A program made the position numbers and the translations under genes. From Candidatus Falkowbacteria bacterium (GTDB lineage Bacteria; Patescibacteriota; Patescibacteriia; UBA11705; JACRDX01), in NCBI GenBank assembly GCA_043798985.1, contig JAZDOE010000016.1, forward strand, positions 1 through 39,157: DNA of 39,157 bases, written 5' to 3'. Below are positions 1 to 9,281 of the stretch, in pieces (the first letter of the stretch is position 1; each line of letters starts with the position of its first letter). Under the pieces are notes generated by a model. It ran no database searches and was not told the DNA's origin. It worked only from the letters and a program-made list of their open reading frames with translations.

Positions 1-65
1 CCGTTGCCATCCGCGCACTCAACCACCTTCTTCACTGCGCCTTTCTTCGTGATGTTCTTCTTCAT
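1..65 (-). CDS. 5' end of a hypothetical protein running off the window (MKKNITKKGAVKKVVECADGN...)
   Basis: ATG at 65 preceded by AGAGGTG Shine-Dalgarno; frame open to the window edge; consensus promoter upstream. Confidence 0.55.
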   Translation of the reverse strand, partial: MKKNITKKGAVKKVVECADGN

Positions 66-130
66 AATACACCTCTATCTTGTACGTTTTTGTTGTCAAG
101 CGTCCGCTGGCAAAACCAACGGAACAAATA

Positions 131-159
131 AGTATAGCATACTTTAAAAAATATGTCAA
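131..159 (-). promoter_or_regulatory. sigma70-type promoter TTGACA-17-TATACT
   Basis: minus strand ttgaca tattttttaaagtatgc tatact, with TG extended -10. Confidence 0.6.
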
Positions 160-166
160 TAATTGA

Positions 167-1489
167 TTGATTTTAGCCCTACCGCGTGCTATTATGTTTT
201 CAGCCTTATTTATGCGATTAAACCGCCTAATAACCATCTTAAACCGTCTGTTTATCCGGTCTTTGCTGGGCAGTTTCAAGGCCTTTGGCTTTATTTGGAA
301 ACACGGATTTTTTTATATTTTCAAAACACTGCGTAAGTTTAGCGTTTTTTGCCTGTATTACCTGTTTTTGCCGTTTTACCGCTCATACTACTTTTTGAAA
401 CGGAGAATTTCTAATTTTTACACATTTTTGCGAGTGCGGTTGTTTCATTTTTTGGTGCGCAGACATTTTATACACGGAATCATCCTTGTAATCGCAATGG
501 TCGTTGTACTGAACAATTTGCAGGCGCAAGACATCCGCGATGAAAATTTCGGCGACCAAACCGTGGTACTAGCGCTATTCCCGTCAGAAGAATTTGGCGA
601 GCCTGATCAATTGCCCATGGACATTGGCGCGACTCCAGACTTATCTGGTCTTGGCACAATGACAATGGGCAATACGGCCATTACAAAGCCGCAAATCATG
701 CAAACAGAGTCAACAATGCTTTCGTCTGGCAAAATAACAAAATACGTTGTTAAATCTGGCGAAACAATCAGCTCAATTTCAAAAAAATTCAATATCAGCG
801 TTGATACAATTTTGTGGCAAAACAAACTCAAGCCTACCAGCACAATCAAACCAGGCGCGGTCTTGGAAATTTTGCCGGAAACTGGCGTGACACATCAGGT
901 AAAATGGGGCGAAACGCTTGGCGGTATTGCTGGAAAATATAAAGTGGATACTAACAAAATTTTAGCGTCGAATGGATTAATTGACCCAACAGCTTTGCGC
1001 GCTGGCCAAACTTTAATAATCCCCAACGGCAAATTGGCAAGCTATTATTCAATAAAAACATACACTGCCGCCGCTCCGGTTGCGTCAGTTTCAAAATTAT
1101 TTACAGCTGGCAAAGTGACGGGAACCGGCAACATGCTTTGGCCAGCGCCCAGCCGCGTGATCACGCAATATTTCACATGGCGTCACCATGGATTGGACAT
1201 TGGTTTACCAAAAGGACAGCCGATTTACGCGGCTGATGATGGCACAATCATAAAATCTCAATGTGGCTGGAATGGCGGCTATGGTTGCTACATGATTATT
1301 GACCATGGCAATGGAATAAAAACGCTTTACGGACACGCGAGCAAACTCAATGTATCTGTTGGCGACGCTGTGACGCGCGGACAAACAATTGGTCTAGTCG
1401 GATCAACCGGAAAATCAACTGGCTCGCACATTCATCTGGAAGTCCGCGTGAACGGCAAAGCGGTAAATCCGCTGGGATACATTAAATAA
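167..1489 (+). CDS. LysM-repeat M23 family peptidase (start codon uncertain)
   Basis: two LysM repeats (YVVKSGETISSIS, HQVKWGETLGGIA); M23 motifs HHGLD, YGH and HIH. Confidence 0.9.
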   Translation: MILALPRAIMFSALFMRLNRLITILNRLFIRSLLGSFKAFGFIWKHGFFYIFKTLRKFSVFCLYYLFLPFYRSYYFLKRRISNFYTFLRVRLFHFLVRRHFIHGIILVIAMVVVLNNLQAQDIRDENFGDQTVVLALFPSEEFGEPDQLPMDIGATPDLSGLGTMTMGNTAITKPQIMQTESTMLSSGKITKYVVKSGETISSISKKFNISVDTILWQNKLKPTSTIKPGAVLEILPETGVTHQVKWGETLGGIAGKYKVDTNKILASNGLIDPTALRAGQTLIIPNGKLASYYSIKTYTAAAPVASVSKLFTAGKVTGTGNMLWPAPSRVITQYFTWRHHGLDIGLPKGQPIYAADDGTIIKSQCGWNGGYGCYMIIDHGNGIKTLYGHASKLNVSVGDAVTRGQTIGLVGSTGKSTGSHIHLEVRVNGKAVNPLGYIK

Positions 1490-1491
1490 AT

Positions 1492-1986
1492 ATGAAAAAG
1501 ATATTAATACTTATTGCGCTGTTTATTCCAATGATTGCTTTGGCTAGTGCTCCGGTTGATATTTATTTATTTGTAAGCGAAAACTGCCCGTATTGCGAGC
1601 AGGCGAGTTATCTTGTGAACGCAATTCAAAAAAATCAGCCCAGCGTCAATATTCATCAATTTGAAGTATCGCATAATTCGGACAATGCCATGCTGTTCGC
1701 GGAGTTCGCAAAAGCTTATGACGTTTTCGCGATTGATGTTCCAATGACTTTTATCGGCGAGCAAGCGATCGCTGGCTATTACCCTGAAAAAATAAAAGCG
1801 CAAATAGATAAATGTTTGACAAAAAATTGCCCGAATCCGCAAGATATTTTTGAAAAATACTTAAATAACACTGACGAGCCCGCGCCAACACACAACTATC
1901 GCTGGCTTTGGTCAACGATTATTGTTCTCTGCATGTTTGGAGCAATCGGCATCTATCTGACACGCGAACCGCGGCAAAAAAATTAA
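1492..1986 (+). CDS. exported, membrane-anchored thioredoxin/glutaredoxin-like protein
   Basis: signal peptide, CPYC motif, cis-Pro-like DVP, C-terminal TM helix. Confidence 0.75.
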   Translation: MKKILILIALFIPMIALASAPVDIYLFVSENCPYCEQASYLVNAIQKNQPSVNIHQFEVSHNSDNAMLFAEFAKAYDVFAIDVPMTFIGEQAIAGYYPEKIKAQIDKCLTKNCPNPQDIFEKYLNNTDEPAPTHNYRWLWSTIIVLCMFGAIGIYLTREPRQKN

Positions 1987-2013
1987 GAGGTCACTTTATC
2001 AACACCCCTCAAA

Positions 2014-2038
2014 TAGCCACGACCAGTGGCTGTTTTTT
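2014..2038 (+). terminator. intrinsic terminator
   Basis: tagccac-gacca-gtggctg followed by T6. Confidence 0.6.
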
Positions 2039-2045
2039 ATAATGG

Positions 2046-2108
2046 CTACGAAGCTACCAATCGCGGCTACGTATCTGCGAATCATTCGAATACTACATAT
2101 CTACCAAT
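2046..2108. repeat. degenerate 7-8 nt repeat array (ctac[c/g]aat) upstream of the GxxExxY gene
   Basis: units ctacgaag, ctaccaat, ctacgtat, ctgcgaat, ctacatat, ctaccaat. Confidence 0.7.
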
Positions 2109-2110
2109 GT

Positions 2111-2509
2111 ATGCGCGAAACAATATTAATTTATCCAGAGTTAAGTTATAAAATCGTTGGAATATTATTTAGTGTGTTCAATAATATCGGCGGGCAACAC
2201 TATGAGAAAAACGTACAAAGAGCTATCGCGATCAAATTGGAGGAAGCCAAAATCAACTATCAACAAGAAGTGCCGGCGAACGTGCAAATGAATAATAAAA
2301 CAATCGGACAGTATCGCCTGGATTTTCTCATAGAAGGAAAAATAATTTTGGAAATCAAAAGGGGCAAACGTTTTGCGCAAAGCCACTTTAATCAACTGAA
2401 AACTTACATAAATACTTACAATGTACCGATAGGAATCCTCGCAATCTTTACAGAAACCGAAGTGCGATTTGCTCGCATCGTCAATTTTACCGCCTACAAA
2501 AATTCGTAA
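2111..2509 (+). CDS. GxxExxY family protein (PD-(D/E)xK nuclease fold)
   Basis: ELSYKIVG...GGQHYEKNVQRA, RLDFLIEGKIILEIK, QLKTY; start placed at ATG 2111 after the repeat array. Confidence 0.85.
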   Translation: MRETILIYPELSYKIVGILFSVFNNIGGQHYEKNVQRAIAIKLEEAKINYQQEVPANVQMNNKTIGQYRLDFLIEGKIILEIKRGKRFAQSHFNQLKTYINTYNVPIGILAIFTETEVRFARIVNFTAYKNS

Positions 2510-2542
2510 TTGGTAATATTCGTAGTGATTGGTAATTGGTAG
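2502..2542. repeat. inverted counterpart array (att[c/g]gta) downstream of the GxxExxY gene
   Basis: attcgta attggta ... attcgtag ... attggta attggtag, the reverse complement of the upstream units. Confidence 0.7.
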
Positions 2543-2549
2543 CCTTAAT

Positions 2550-4061
2550 ATGTTTTCCAAAATTAACGCCTGCGCGACGCTTGGATTGGACTGCTCGCTG
2601 GTAGAAGTTGAAGCTGATGTGACGGCCGGAACTTTTTGTTTGAAAATAGTTGGTTTGCCAGACACAGCGATTCAAGAGTCGCGCGAACGAGTGACATTGG
2701 CGATTTTAAATAGCGAATTAGTATTGCCCAAAAAAGTAGTCACCGTAAATCTCGCGCCAGCCGACATAAAAAAAGAAGGTCCAAGTTATGACGTCGCCAT
2801 TGCTCTAAGCTTGCTCGCGACATCCAATCAAATAAAAAATAAATTGTCAGACGCGCTTTTCATCGGCGAGCTAGCGCTCAATGGCGCCGTGCGACCAGTA
2901 GCTGGCGCGTTATCGGCCGCAATTTTCGCGCGCGAACATGGAATAAAAAAAATTTACATTCCATTTCAAAACGTAGCCGAAGCAAGTCTTATTTCTGATT
3001 TATCAATTTATCCTATTGCCAATTTGCGGCAATTGGTTGACCACTTAAACGAAAAAGAACAAATCGCCAGCGCAAAAATGCTTGATATAAACATCCTGCG
3101 AAAAGAAAAATCTGGCACAGACATGACATATATTAAAGGACAAGAACAGGCAAAGCGCGCGCTGGAAATTGCGGCGGCGGGCGGGCACAATATTATTATG
3201 ACCGGCCCGCCCGGATCTGGAAAAACTTTATTGGCGCGCGCATTACCCACAATTTTGCCCGATCTTGCGTTTGAAGAAATAATTGAAACAACAAAAATTT
3301 ATTCAACAGCCGGGCTACTCTCGGATCAAACGCCAATCATAATTGAACGACCGTTTCGCAGTCCGCATCACACAAGCTCTGGAATCGCGCTGGTTGGCGG
3401 CGGCCGCATTCCAAAACCCGGAGAAATAACTTTGGCGCACAATGGCGTTTTGTTCATGGACGAATTTCCAGAATTTCCGCGCGCCAGTTTGGAAAATTTG
3501 CGGCAGCCGCTTGAAGATGGTGTGGTTTCAATTTCGCGCGCGCACGGAACAATTACTTTTCCGGCGCGCTTTATGTTGGTCGCCGCGAAAAATCCTTGTC
3601 CATGCGGATATCGCGGCGACCCGACGCACGAATGCATTTGCTCACAAACGCAGGTTTTAAACTATACTAAAAAAATTTCCGGCCCGCTTTTGGACCGTAT
3701 AGATTTGAATATTGAAACCCAAAAAGTTAACTTTGATAAACTGCAATCAGAAAAACAAGAAGAATCTTCGCTAAACATCAAACAGCGCGTTGAATCCGCG
3801 AGAATTATTCAACGAGAAAGATTTAAAAATATGCCGCTCCGCTCTAACGCGGCAATGGGCGCGAAAGAAATCAAAGAATTTTGCCGCGTTGACGCGCAAA
3901 GCGCGGAACTGCTTCGCTCCGCGGAGCGGCAATTAGGACTTTCGGCGCGCGCCTTCCACAGAATTTTAAAAGTCAGCAGGACAATTGCTGACTTGGAAGG
4001 CGCGCCAAATATCTTATCTCAACACATTGCCGAGGCGCTACAATACCGCGCGAAAAATTGA
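2550..4061 (+). CDS. comM: YifB/ComM family Mg-chelatase-like AAA+ ATPase
   Basis: IVGLPDTAIQESRER, VNLAPADIKKEG, GPPGSGKT, PFRSPHH, NPCPCG, SGPLLDRID. Confidence 0.93.
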   Translation: MFSKINACATLGLDCSLVEVEADVTAGTFCLKIVGLPDTAIQESRERVTLAILNSELVLPKKVVTVNLAPADIKKEGPSYDVAIALSLLATSNQIKNKLSDALFIGELALNGAVRPVAGALSAAIFAREHGIKKIYIPFQNVAEASLISDLSIYPIANLRQLVDHLNEKEQIASAKMLDINILRKEKSGTDMTYIKGQEQAKRALEIAAAGGHNIIMTGPPGSGKTLLARALPTILPDLAFEEIIETTKIYSTAGLLSDQTPIIIERPFRSPHHTSSGIALVGGGRIPKPGEITLAHNGVLFMDEFPEFPRASLENLRQPLEDGVVSISRAHGTITFPARFMLVAAKNPCPCGYRGDPTHECICSQTQVLNYTKKISGPLLDRIDLNIETQKVNFDKLQSEKQEESSLNIKQRVESARIIQRERFKNMPLRSNAAMGAKEIKEFCRVDAQSAELLRSAERQLGLSARAFHRILKVSRTIADLEGAPNILSQHIAEALQYRAKN

Positions 4062-4070
4062 TGCGCTGAC

Positions 4071-4147
4071 GGGCAGGTATGCCTTTGGCGCAACGTCAGT
4101 GAGCGCGATCGCTGGGCGCGCGAACGGCGCAAAAGGCATACCTGCCC
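4071..4147. repeat. long inverted repeat between convergent comM and lspA, overlapping the lspA 3' end
   Basis: gggcaggtatgccttt (4071-4086) and aaaggcatacctgccc (4132-4147) are perfect 16-bp arms, extending to 21 bp with one mismatch. Confidence 0.85.
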
Positions 4148-4566
4148 AAAGCGCCAACAACGCCTGCGGCAATATAACAATCCGCAAAATTAAAAATCGG
4201 CCAGCTAAAATTTCCAAAATTTATACTGATAAAATCCACAACTCCACCGAACAAAATTCTGTCGCTGAAATTACTTATTGCGCCAAGCAAAATCAACCAA
4301 AGAAAAATTTTAAATCGTTTTGGACATTTGACCAAACATATCACCAACCCAAAAATCGCAACCGACAAAATAATTAAAATCAATGCCGCTGGCAAGGGAA
4401 TATTAAACGCCAACCTGCTATTAACCACTGCCAAAAAACCGAATTTTACTTTTCCCCAAAAACTAAAAACGCCCAAAGAACCTAAGTGTCTAAGGGCGAT
4501 TTGTTTTGTAATAATATCGGCTACGAACAGAACAACCAAACCTGACAAAAGCGCAATGCGCCGCAT
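4096..4566 (-). CDS. lspA: lipoprotein signal peptidase II
   Basis: DIITK, GAISNFSDRI, GGVVDFI, PIFNFAD motifs; several TM segments. Confidence 0.9.
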   Translation of the reverse strand: MRRIALLSGLVVLFVADIITKQIALRHLGSLGVFSFWGKVKFGFLAVVNSRLAFNIPLPAALILIILSVAIFGLVICLVKCPKRFKIFLWLILLGAISNFSDRILFGGVVDFISINFGNFSWPIFNFADCYIAAGVVGALGRYAFCAVRAPSDRAH

Positions 4567-4567
4567 A

Positions 4568-4948
4568 TTAAAGCGACTTTAATTTATTCTTGCAGGAAAC
4601 GCACGCCGAAGAAGTTGGCCGCGCCAAAAGCCGAGCTTTATCTATCAGCTGTTTGCAATATTTACAAACTCCGTAATTTCCTTTTTTCAAACCTTCCAAT
4701 GTTTTATTAACATCGCGCAACGCTTTTTCTAATGTCTGTTCAAGGCTCAAATTCAAATCAAATTTTGCCACTTCCGCGATGCTATCAGACGACTCATTGC
4801 CATAGTCTTCAAAAACAGCCTGATAATCATTTGGATTGTGCGGATTTTTGCGAGCAATTCCCGCAAGTTCTTTTTCAAGACTGGCTTTTTCCTGCGCAAG
4901 CTTTTTTTCTATTTCAGCCAAATCTTTTTTATTCAATTTTTCTGCCAT
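4568..4948 (-). CDS. TraR/DksA C4-type zinc finger protein
   Basis: coiled coil plus YGVCKYC...RLLARP...CVSC; start set at ATG 4948. Confidence 0.88.
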   Translation of the reverse strand: MAEKLNKKDLAEIEKKLAQEKASLEKELAGIARKNPHNPNDYQAVFEDYGNESSDSIAEVAKFDLNLSLEQTLEKALRDVNKTLEGLKKGNYGVCKYCKQLIDKARLLARPTSSACVSCKNKLKSL

Positions 4949-5045
4949 ATTTTCTTTCCCGCCGGAGAGGCAGGTCATTACCTTTCGAATTTCAACTTAA
5001 TTATAGCAACGTAGCAAACAAAAACCAAATTGGCAATAGGCGCCG

Positions 5046-6602
5046 TTATTCCAATTTTCCTGTTTTAAAATATTTTTTTAATTTATCGCTTACCCGCAAA
5101 TTGCCATCTGACAAAGTTGTTAATATTTGCTCCAAGGTAACTGCAAGTAAAGCGGGGTCATGTTCTGGCTTTATCCACATGGTTTCGCGAACAGTAAACC
5201 CTTGGCTAAATGAGTGTCCCAATTTACCTATCGTTGAAAAAAAGAAACTGTTTTTTGACGGCGCCCAAAGTAAATACCCTCCAAAGCCAAATGCCTTGGC
5301 AACTGAAAACCCACGGCCGCGTAGCAGTTTTTTCCCATCTGGTCGCACGATATCAACAATAATTTTTCCATACTTCTGGGTTTCTATCACAAAATCGTTT
5401 GCTTCTGCTTCTTTGCCTGACTCACCTTCAAGCATTTTAACATTATGCTCAACTTCCCTTTTTCTTTCCTTGCCTTTTTTATCCAGTCCGGCTCGTGTTA
5501 ATTCATCCGCGCTCATTGGTTCATGCGGCAACTTATTACTATGCTGAAAAAAATCAGCCAGCTTTTCAAATTTTATAAAAGTCCCCAGCCCTAGCAAAGA
5601 CTGCCATGAGTTTTTATAATCTTCAACTGGATTCGGCGATGGATATGTCATATTATCCTCATAATTCACAAACTCAACCAACTTGTCCAGCCATTCTTGT
5701 TTTTCAAGCAATCCCAATTTTATCAAAGCATCATAAACTATTTTTGTCGCGCAAGTATCGCTCCCAGATTCAGCGGCATGATGGTCAAAAAACGCCGTCC
5801 GTCCTTGATCTTCAACAACAACGCCATGCCTGTCTCCGGTGTCTAAATTTATTTTACCCACAATAAATTTACTTTTTTCAACATACTCAACGTGCTTGAT
5901 GCTAATTCCAGCAAATTTCATTAAACTAACCGCGCAATTTCCATCCACGTCGCTAAAATTCATCAAAATCGGATTGCCCTTTTTGTCTTTCCCTGCAATT
6001 CCATGAACAACAATTTCTCTCCAAAGCTCCCGAGTTTTGCTCAAAAATTTTTCATCACCTTCTTGCTCTGTTGCCGCGGCTAATTCTTCGTAATCCTTAA
6101 CTCTCGCTAAAGTAATCTCCGTTGCATCGCGCGGAACTTCGTATTTTTTTTGCCGCTCATCTACAAATTCCGCGGTCTTTCCCGCAATAGCAATTGGCAA
6201 ATCAGCCGGCAACGGTATTTCCCGCATCTTTTCTATTTCAATTTTTTCACGCAGTTCTTGCTCTTTTTCTGCCAAATCATTTATAACCCAAAGCGTTTCC
6301 AAATATTGCGCCCAAACTTCATTTACCTGCTTGCCGCGGGCCGTTGGCGGGAGCAGCACAACATCCTTTCCCTTCATTTCCTCTTTAAAAATCTTTTTCT
6401 CCTGCTTCCATCTTTCTGGCGTCATCTCGGGATCAGTATCAATCAGCTCGCCAATATCAATTGCTTGCAATTCCTTTTTTCTAAGTTTTGCCTGTTTTTT
6501 CAATTCCAAAACTTGTTCCAATTCATCTATCAAAAGCTCTTTCTTAGATTTATCAGCCTCGCTATCAGAAGCTGGCAATTTTTCCGATCCCATCGCGAAC
6601 AT
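5046..6602 (-). CDS. hypothetical protein with DHH-phosphoesterase-like motifs
   Basis: 518 aa ORF with DVDG, LDTG and FFDHH in DHH-family order. Confidence 0.6.
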   Translation of the reverse strand: MFAMGSEKLPASDSEADKSKKELLIDELEQVLELKKQAKLRKKELQAIDIGELIDTDPEMTPERWKQEKKIFKEEMKGKDVVLLPPTARGKQVNEVWAQYLETLWVINDLAEKEQELREKIEIEKMREIPLPADLPIAIAGKTAEFVDERQKKYEVPRDATEITLARVKDYEELAAATEQEGDEKFLSKTRELWREIVVHGIAGKDKKGNPILMNFSDVDGNCAVSLMKFAGISIKHVEYVEKSKFIVGKINLDTGDRHGVVVEDQGRTAFFDHHAAESGSDTCATKIVYDALIKLGLLEKQEWLDKLVEFVNYEDNMTYPSPNPVEDYKNSWQSLLGLGTFIKFEKLADFFQHSNKLPHEPMSADELTRAGLDKKGKERKREVEHNVKMLEGESGKEAEANDFVIETQKYGKIIVDIVRPDGKKLLRGRGFSVAKAFGFGGYLLWAPSKNSFFFSTIGKLGHSFSQGFTVRETMWIKPEHDPALLAVTLEQILTTLSDGNLRVSDKLKKYFKTGKLE

Positions 6603-6690
6603 AAATAAAAATGATTATTCGTTATTTTTCTATAATAGCATGCCGCTTGTAAAAAATAAATTGTTATGGTATGCTTGACCAACAATTAAC

Positions 6691-6749
6691 CGCTTCTGTG
6701 GTTCAGGCGATGAAAATTCTTAGAATCTTCAGCCAAACTGCGGAACGCG
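6691..6749 (+). promoter_or_regulatory. structured 5' leader of rpsO (candidate S15 autoregulatory RNA)
   Basis: long imperfect hairpin ttctgtggtt/aactgcggaa plus ggc/gcc plus gaa-attc/gaat-ttc, between promoter TTGTAA-17-TATGCT (6647-6675) and the ATG. Confidence 0.45.
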
Positions 6750-6756
6750 TAAAATT

Positions 6757-7131
6757 ATGCTTAACGCAAAGAAAAAACAGCAGATTATCAACAAATTCAA
6801 AATCCATGACACAGACACCGGCTCTCCGGAAGTCCAAATTGCGATTTTGAGCGAAGAAATTAAAGAGCTTACAAAACACTTGCAAGCTCACAAACATGAC
6901 TTTTCTTCGCGCAGGGGCTTATTGAAAAAACTTGGCGAGCGCAGACGCTTGATTCGCTATTTGGAAGCAGAAAGCCTTGAAAGATTCAACAAACTCGCAA
7001 AGACCTTGGGATTGAAAATAAAGCCGAGACAAGCGGTAGAAGAGGAAGAAGAAAAACTTTTCAGCGAAGAATTACCTGCGACTCCGGAACAAGTCGAAGA
7101 AGAACCAGCAAAAGAAGCAAACGAAGAATAA
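6757..7131 (+). CDS. rpsO: 30S ribosomal protein S15 with acidic C-terminal extension
   Basis: HDTDTGSPEVQIA, HKHDFSSRRGLLK. Confidence 0.97.
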   Translation: MLNAKKKQQIINKFKIHDTDTGSPEVQIAILSEEIKELTKHLQAHKHDFSSRRGLLKKLGERRRLIRYLEAESLERFNKLAKTLGLKIKPRQAVEEEEEKLFSEELPATPEQVEEEPAKEANEE

Positions 7132-7140
7132 AAAATATTT

Positions 7141-9279
7141 ATGTTAAAAAGATGGGAAACAGAATTCGGCGGAAAAAAATTAATCATTGAATCTGGTGAA
7201 TTAGCACAACAAGCAAACGCCAGCTGTACTGTCCAATATGGCGATACTGTGGTTTTGGCAACGGTCGTAATGAACCCAACGCCAAGAGAGAATGCTTCTT
7301 TTTTTCCATTAATGGTTGATTACGAAGAAAAAATGTACGCGGCAGGCAGAATAAAATCTTCTCGCTTTATCAAGCGCGAAACAAAACCAACGGACGAGGC
7401 GATTTTGACGGCCAGAATGATTGACCGTGGCATTCGCCCTTTATTTGACGCCAGCATTAGGCAAGATGTCCAAGTTGTAATTACCGTTCTATCGGTTGAT
7501 GGCGAAAACGACGCAGACATTCCGGCAATTATCGGCGCGTCCACGGTGTTGCACATGTCCAATATTCCATGGAACGGCCCGGTTGCTGGCATACGCGTCG
7601 GCAGAATCAATGACGAATGGGTAATTAACCCGACCTATGTCGCGCGCGAAAAGTCAGACATGGATATTTGCCTGACATTATCAAAAGACAAAATCTTGAT
7701 GCTTGAAGCTGGCGCAAACGAAATCAATGAAGACGCTTTTTACGAAGCCACAAAATTCGCGTTCAAACATGTCCAAAAAGTCATCAAACTTATTGAGCAA
7801 ATCCGCGAGGAAGCAGGACAGGAAAAATTACCAATTTTTGTCGTTGAGCCTAACGAAGAACAAGACAAAAACCAGAAAACAAGCGCAGAAGAATTTGAAA
7901 AACTATTACAGGAAACCCATGATTTTGTTTTTGAAAAAATCAACGCGCAACTTTTCAACGAACCAAAAGCAACAAAATCAGCCCGCAAAAAAATCTTGCG
8001 CTCAATTGAAGAAATCACTGAAGCAATGCTGGTTGAAAAACAGATTGGCAAAGACAAACGCAAAAAACTTTTGGAAGACTTTGAAGAATGGGCAAACGTT
8101 GCAATCAGTCAAGCAATTTTAAAAGACGACAAACGCGTTGACGGTCGCGCTTTGACAGAAATCAGACAGCTTGACTGCAAAGTCGGACTTTTGCCTCGCA
8201 CGCATGGTAGTTCCCTATTCAACCGCGGCGAAACACAGGCGCTTTCAATTGTCACGCTTGGTTCACCGGGAGATGAGCAGGTTTTAGACGGAATGGAAGT
8301 TGTTGGCAAGAAAAAATACATGCACCATTATAATTTTCCACCATATTCAGTCGGCGAAGCTTCACCAATGAGAGGGACAGGACGAAGAGAAATAGGGCAT
8401 GGCGCATTGGCCGAAAAAGCCATTGTTCCTGTTTTGCCTAATCCAATGGAATTTCCATACACAATCCGCGTTGTGTCAGAGGTGCTGGGCTCAAATGGTT
8501 CAAGCTCAATGGCATCAACCTGCGCGTCAACTTTAGCGCTAATGGACGCCGGAGTGCCAATTAAAAAACCAGTGGCTGGCATTGCAATGGGGCTTGCTTC
8601 TGACGCAAAAGGAAACTATAAAATAATCACAGACCTTCAAGATTTGGAAGACGGCATTGGCGGCATGGATTTTAAAATAGCAGGAACGCGCGATGGAATT
8701 ACGGCTGTGCAAATGGACACAAAAACAGACGGGCTTTCATTGGACATTATCAAAGACACTTTGAAACAAGCCAAAGCAGGGCGCCTGCAAATTCTTGATA
8801 AAATTGAACAAACTATCAGCGCGCCGCGTCCAGAATTGTCTCCATTTGCTCCACGAATTATCACTTTGCACATCAATCCTGACAAAATTCGCGATGTCAT
8901 TGGCCCAGGCGGCAAAATCATCAACGAAATCATAGACAAAACCGGAGTTCAAATTGACATTGAACAAGACGGCTCTGTTTTTATCACTGGCACTAATGCC
9001 GAAGGCGCGGCAAGAGCTCAAGATTGGGTCATAAGTTTAACAAAAGAAGTGGCTGTTGGAGAAATTTATACCGGAAAAGTTTCAAGACTGTTTGACTTTG
9101 GCGTGATGGTTGAAATCCTTCCAAAAACAGAAGGGCTTATTCATATCTCGGAAATTTCCAACCAACGCGTTCGCGATGTCCGCGATGTCTACAAAATCGG
9201 ACAAGAAGTGACAGCAAAGGTTATTGGAATAGACGAAAAAGGCCGCGTCAATTTGTCAGTCAAACAACTTAAACAATAA
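7141..9279 (+). CDS. pnp: polyribonucleotide nucleotidyltransferase
   Basis: FFPLMVDYEE, RREIGHGALA, SNGSSSMAS, DFKIAGT; KH and S1 domains; follows rpsO. Confidence 0.98.
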   Translation: MLKRWETEFGGKKLIIESGELAQQANASCTVQYGDTVVLATVVMNPTPRENASFFPLMVDYEEKMYAAGRIKSSRFIKRETKPTDEAILTARMIDRGIRPLFDASIRQDVQVVITVLSVDGENDADIPAIIGASTVLHMSNIPWNGPVAGIRVGRINDEWVINPTYVAREKSDMDICLTLSKDKILMLEAGANEINEDAFYEATKFAFKHVQKVIKLIEQIREEAGQEKLPIFVVEPNEEQDKNQKTSAEEFEKLLQETHDFVFEKINAQLFNEPKATKSARKKILRSIEEITEAMLVEKQIGKDKRKKLLEDFEEWANVAISQAILKDDKRVDGRALTEIRQLDCKVGLLPRTHGSSLFNRGETQALSIVTLGSPGDEQVLDGMEVVGKKKYMHHYNFPPYSVGEASPMRGTGRREIGHGALAEKAIVPVLPNPMEFPYTIRVVSEVLGSNGSSSMASTCASTLALMDAGVPIKKPVAGIAMGLASDAKGNYKIITDLQDLEDGIGGMDFKIAGTRDGITAVQMDTKTDGLSLDIIKDTLKQAKAGRLQILDKIEQTISAPRPELSPFAPRIITLHINPDKIRDVIGPGGKIINEIIDKTGVQIDIEQDGSVFITGTNAEGAARAQDWVISLTKEVAVGEIYTGKVSRLFDFGVMVEILPKTEGLIHISEISNQRVRDVRDVYKIGQEVTAKVIGIDEKGRVNLSVKQLKQ

Positions 9280-9281
9280 AG

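Noticed and set aside
19-279. 86-aa minus-strand ORF from the track
   Set aside because: It overlaps the M23 gene start and a promoter; a different frame starting at 65 has the SD.
4732-5547. 271-aa plus-strand ORF
   Set aside because: Antisense to two better-supported genes; no motifs.
7020-7131. Acidic tail of S15 as a novel domain
   Set aside because: Low-complexity extension with no evidence for a specific function.
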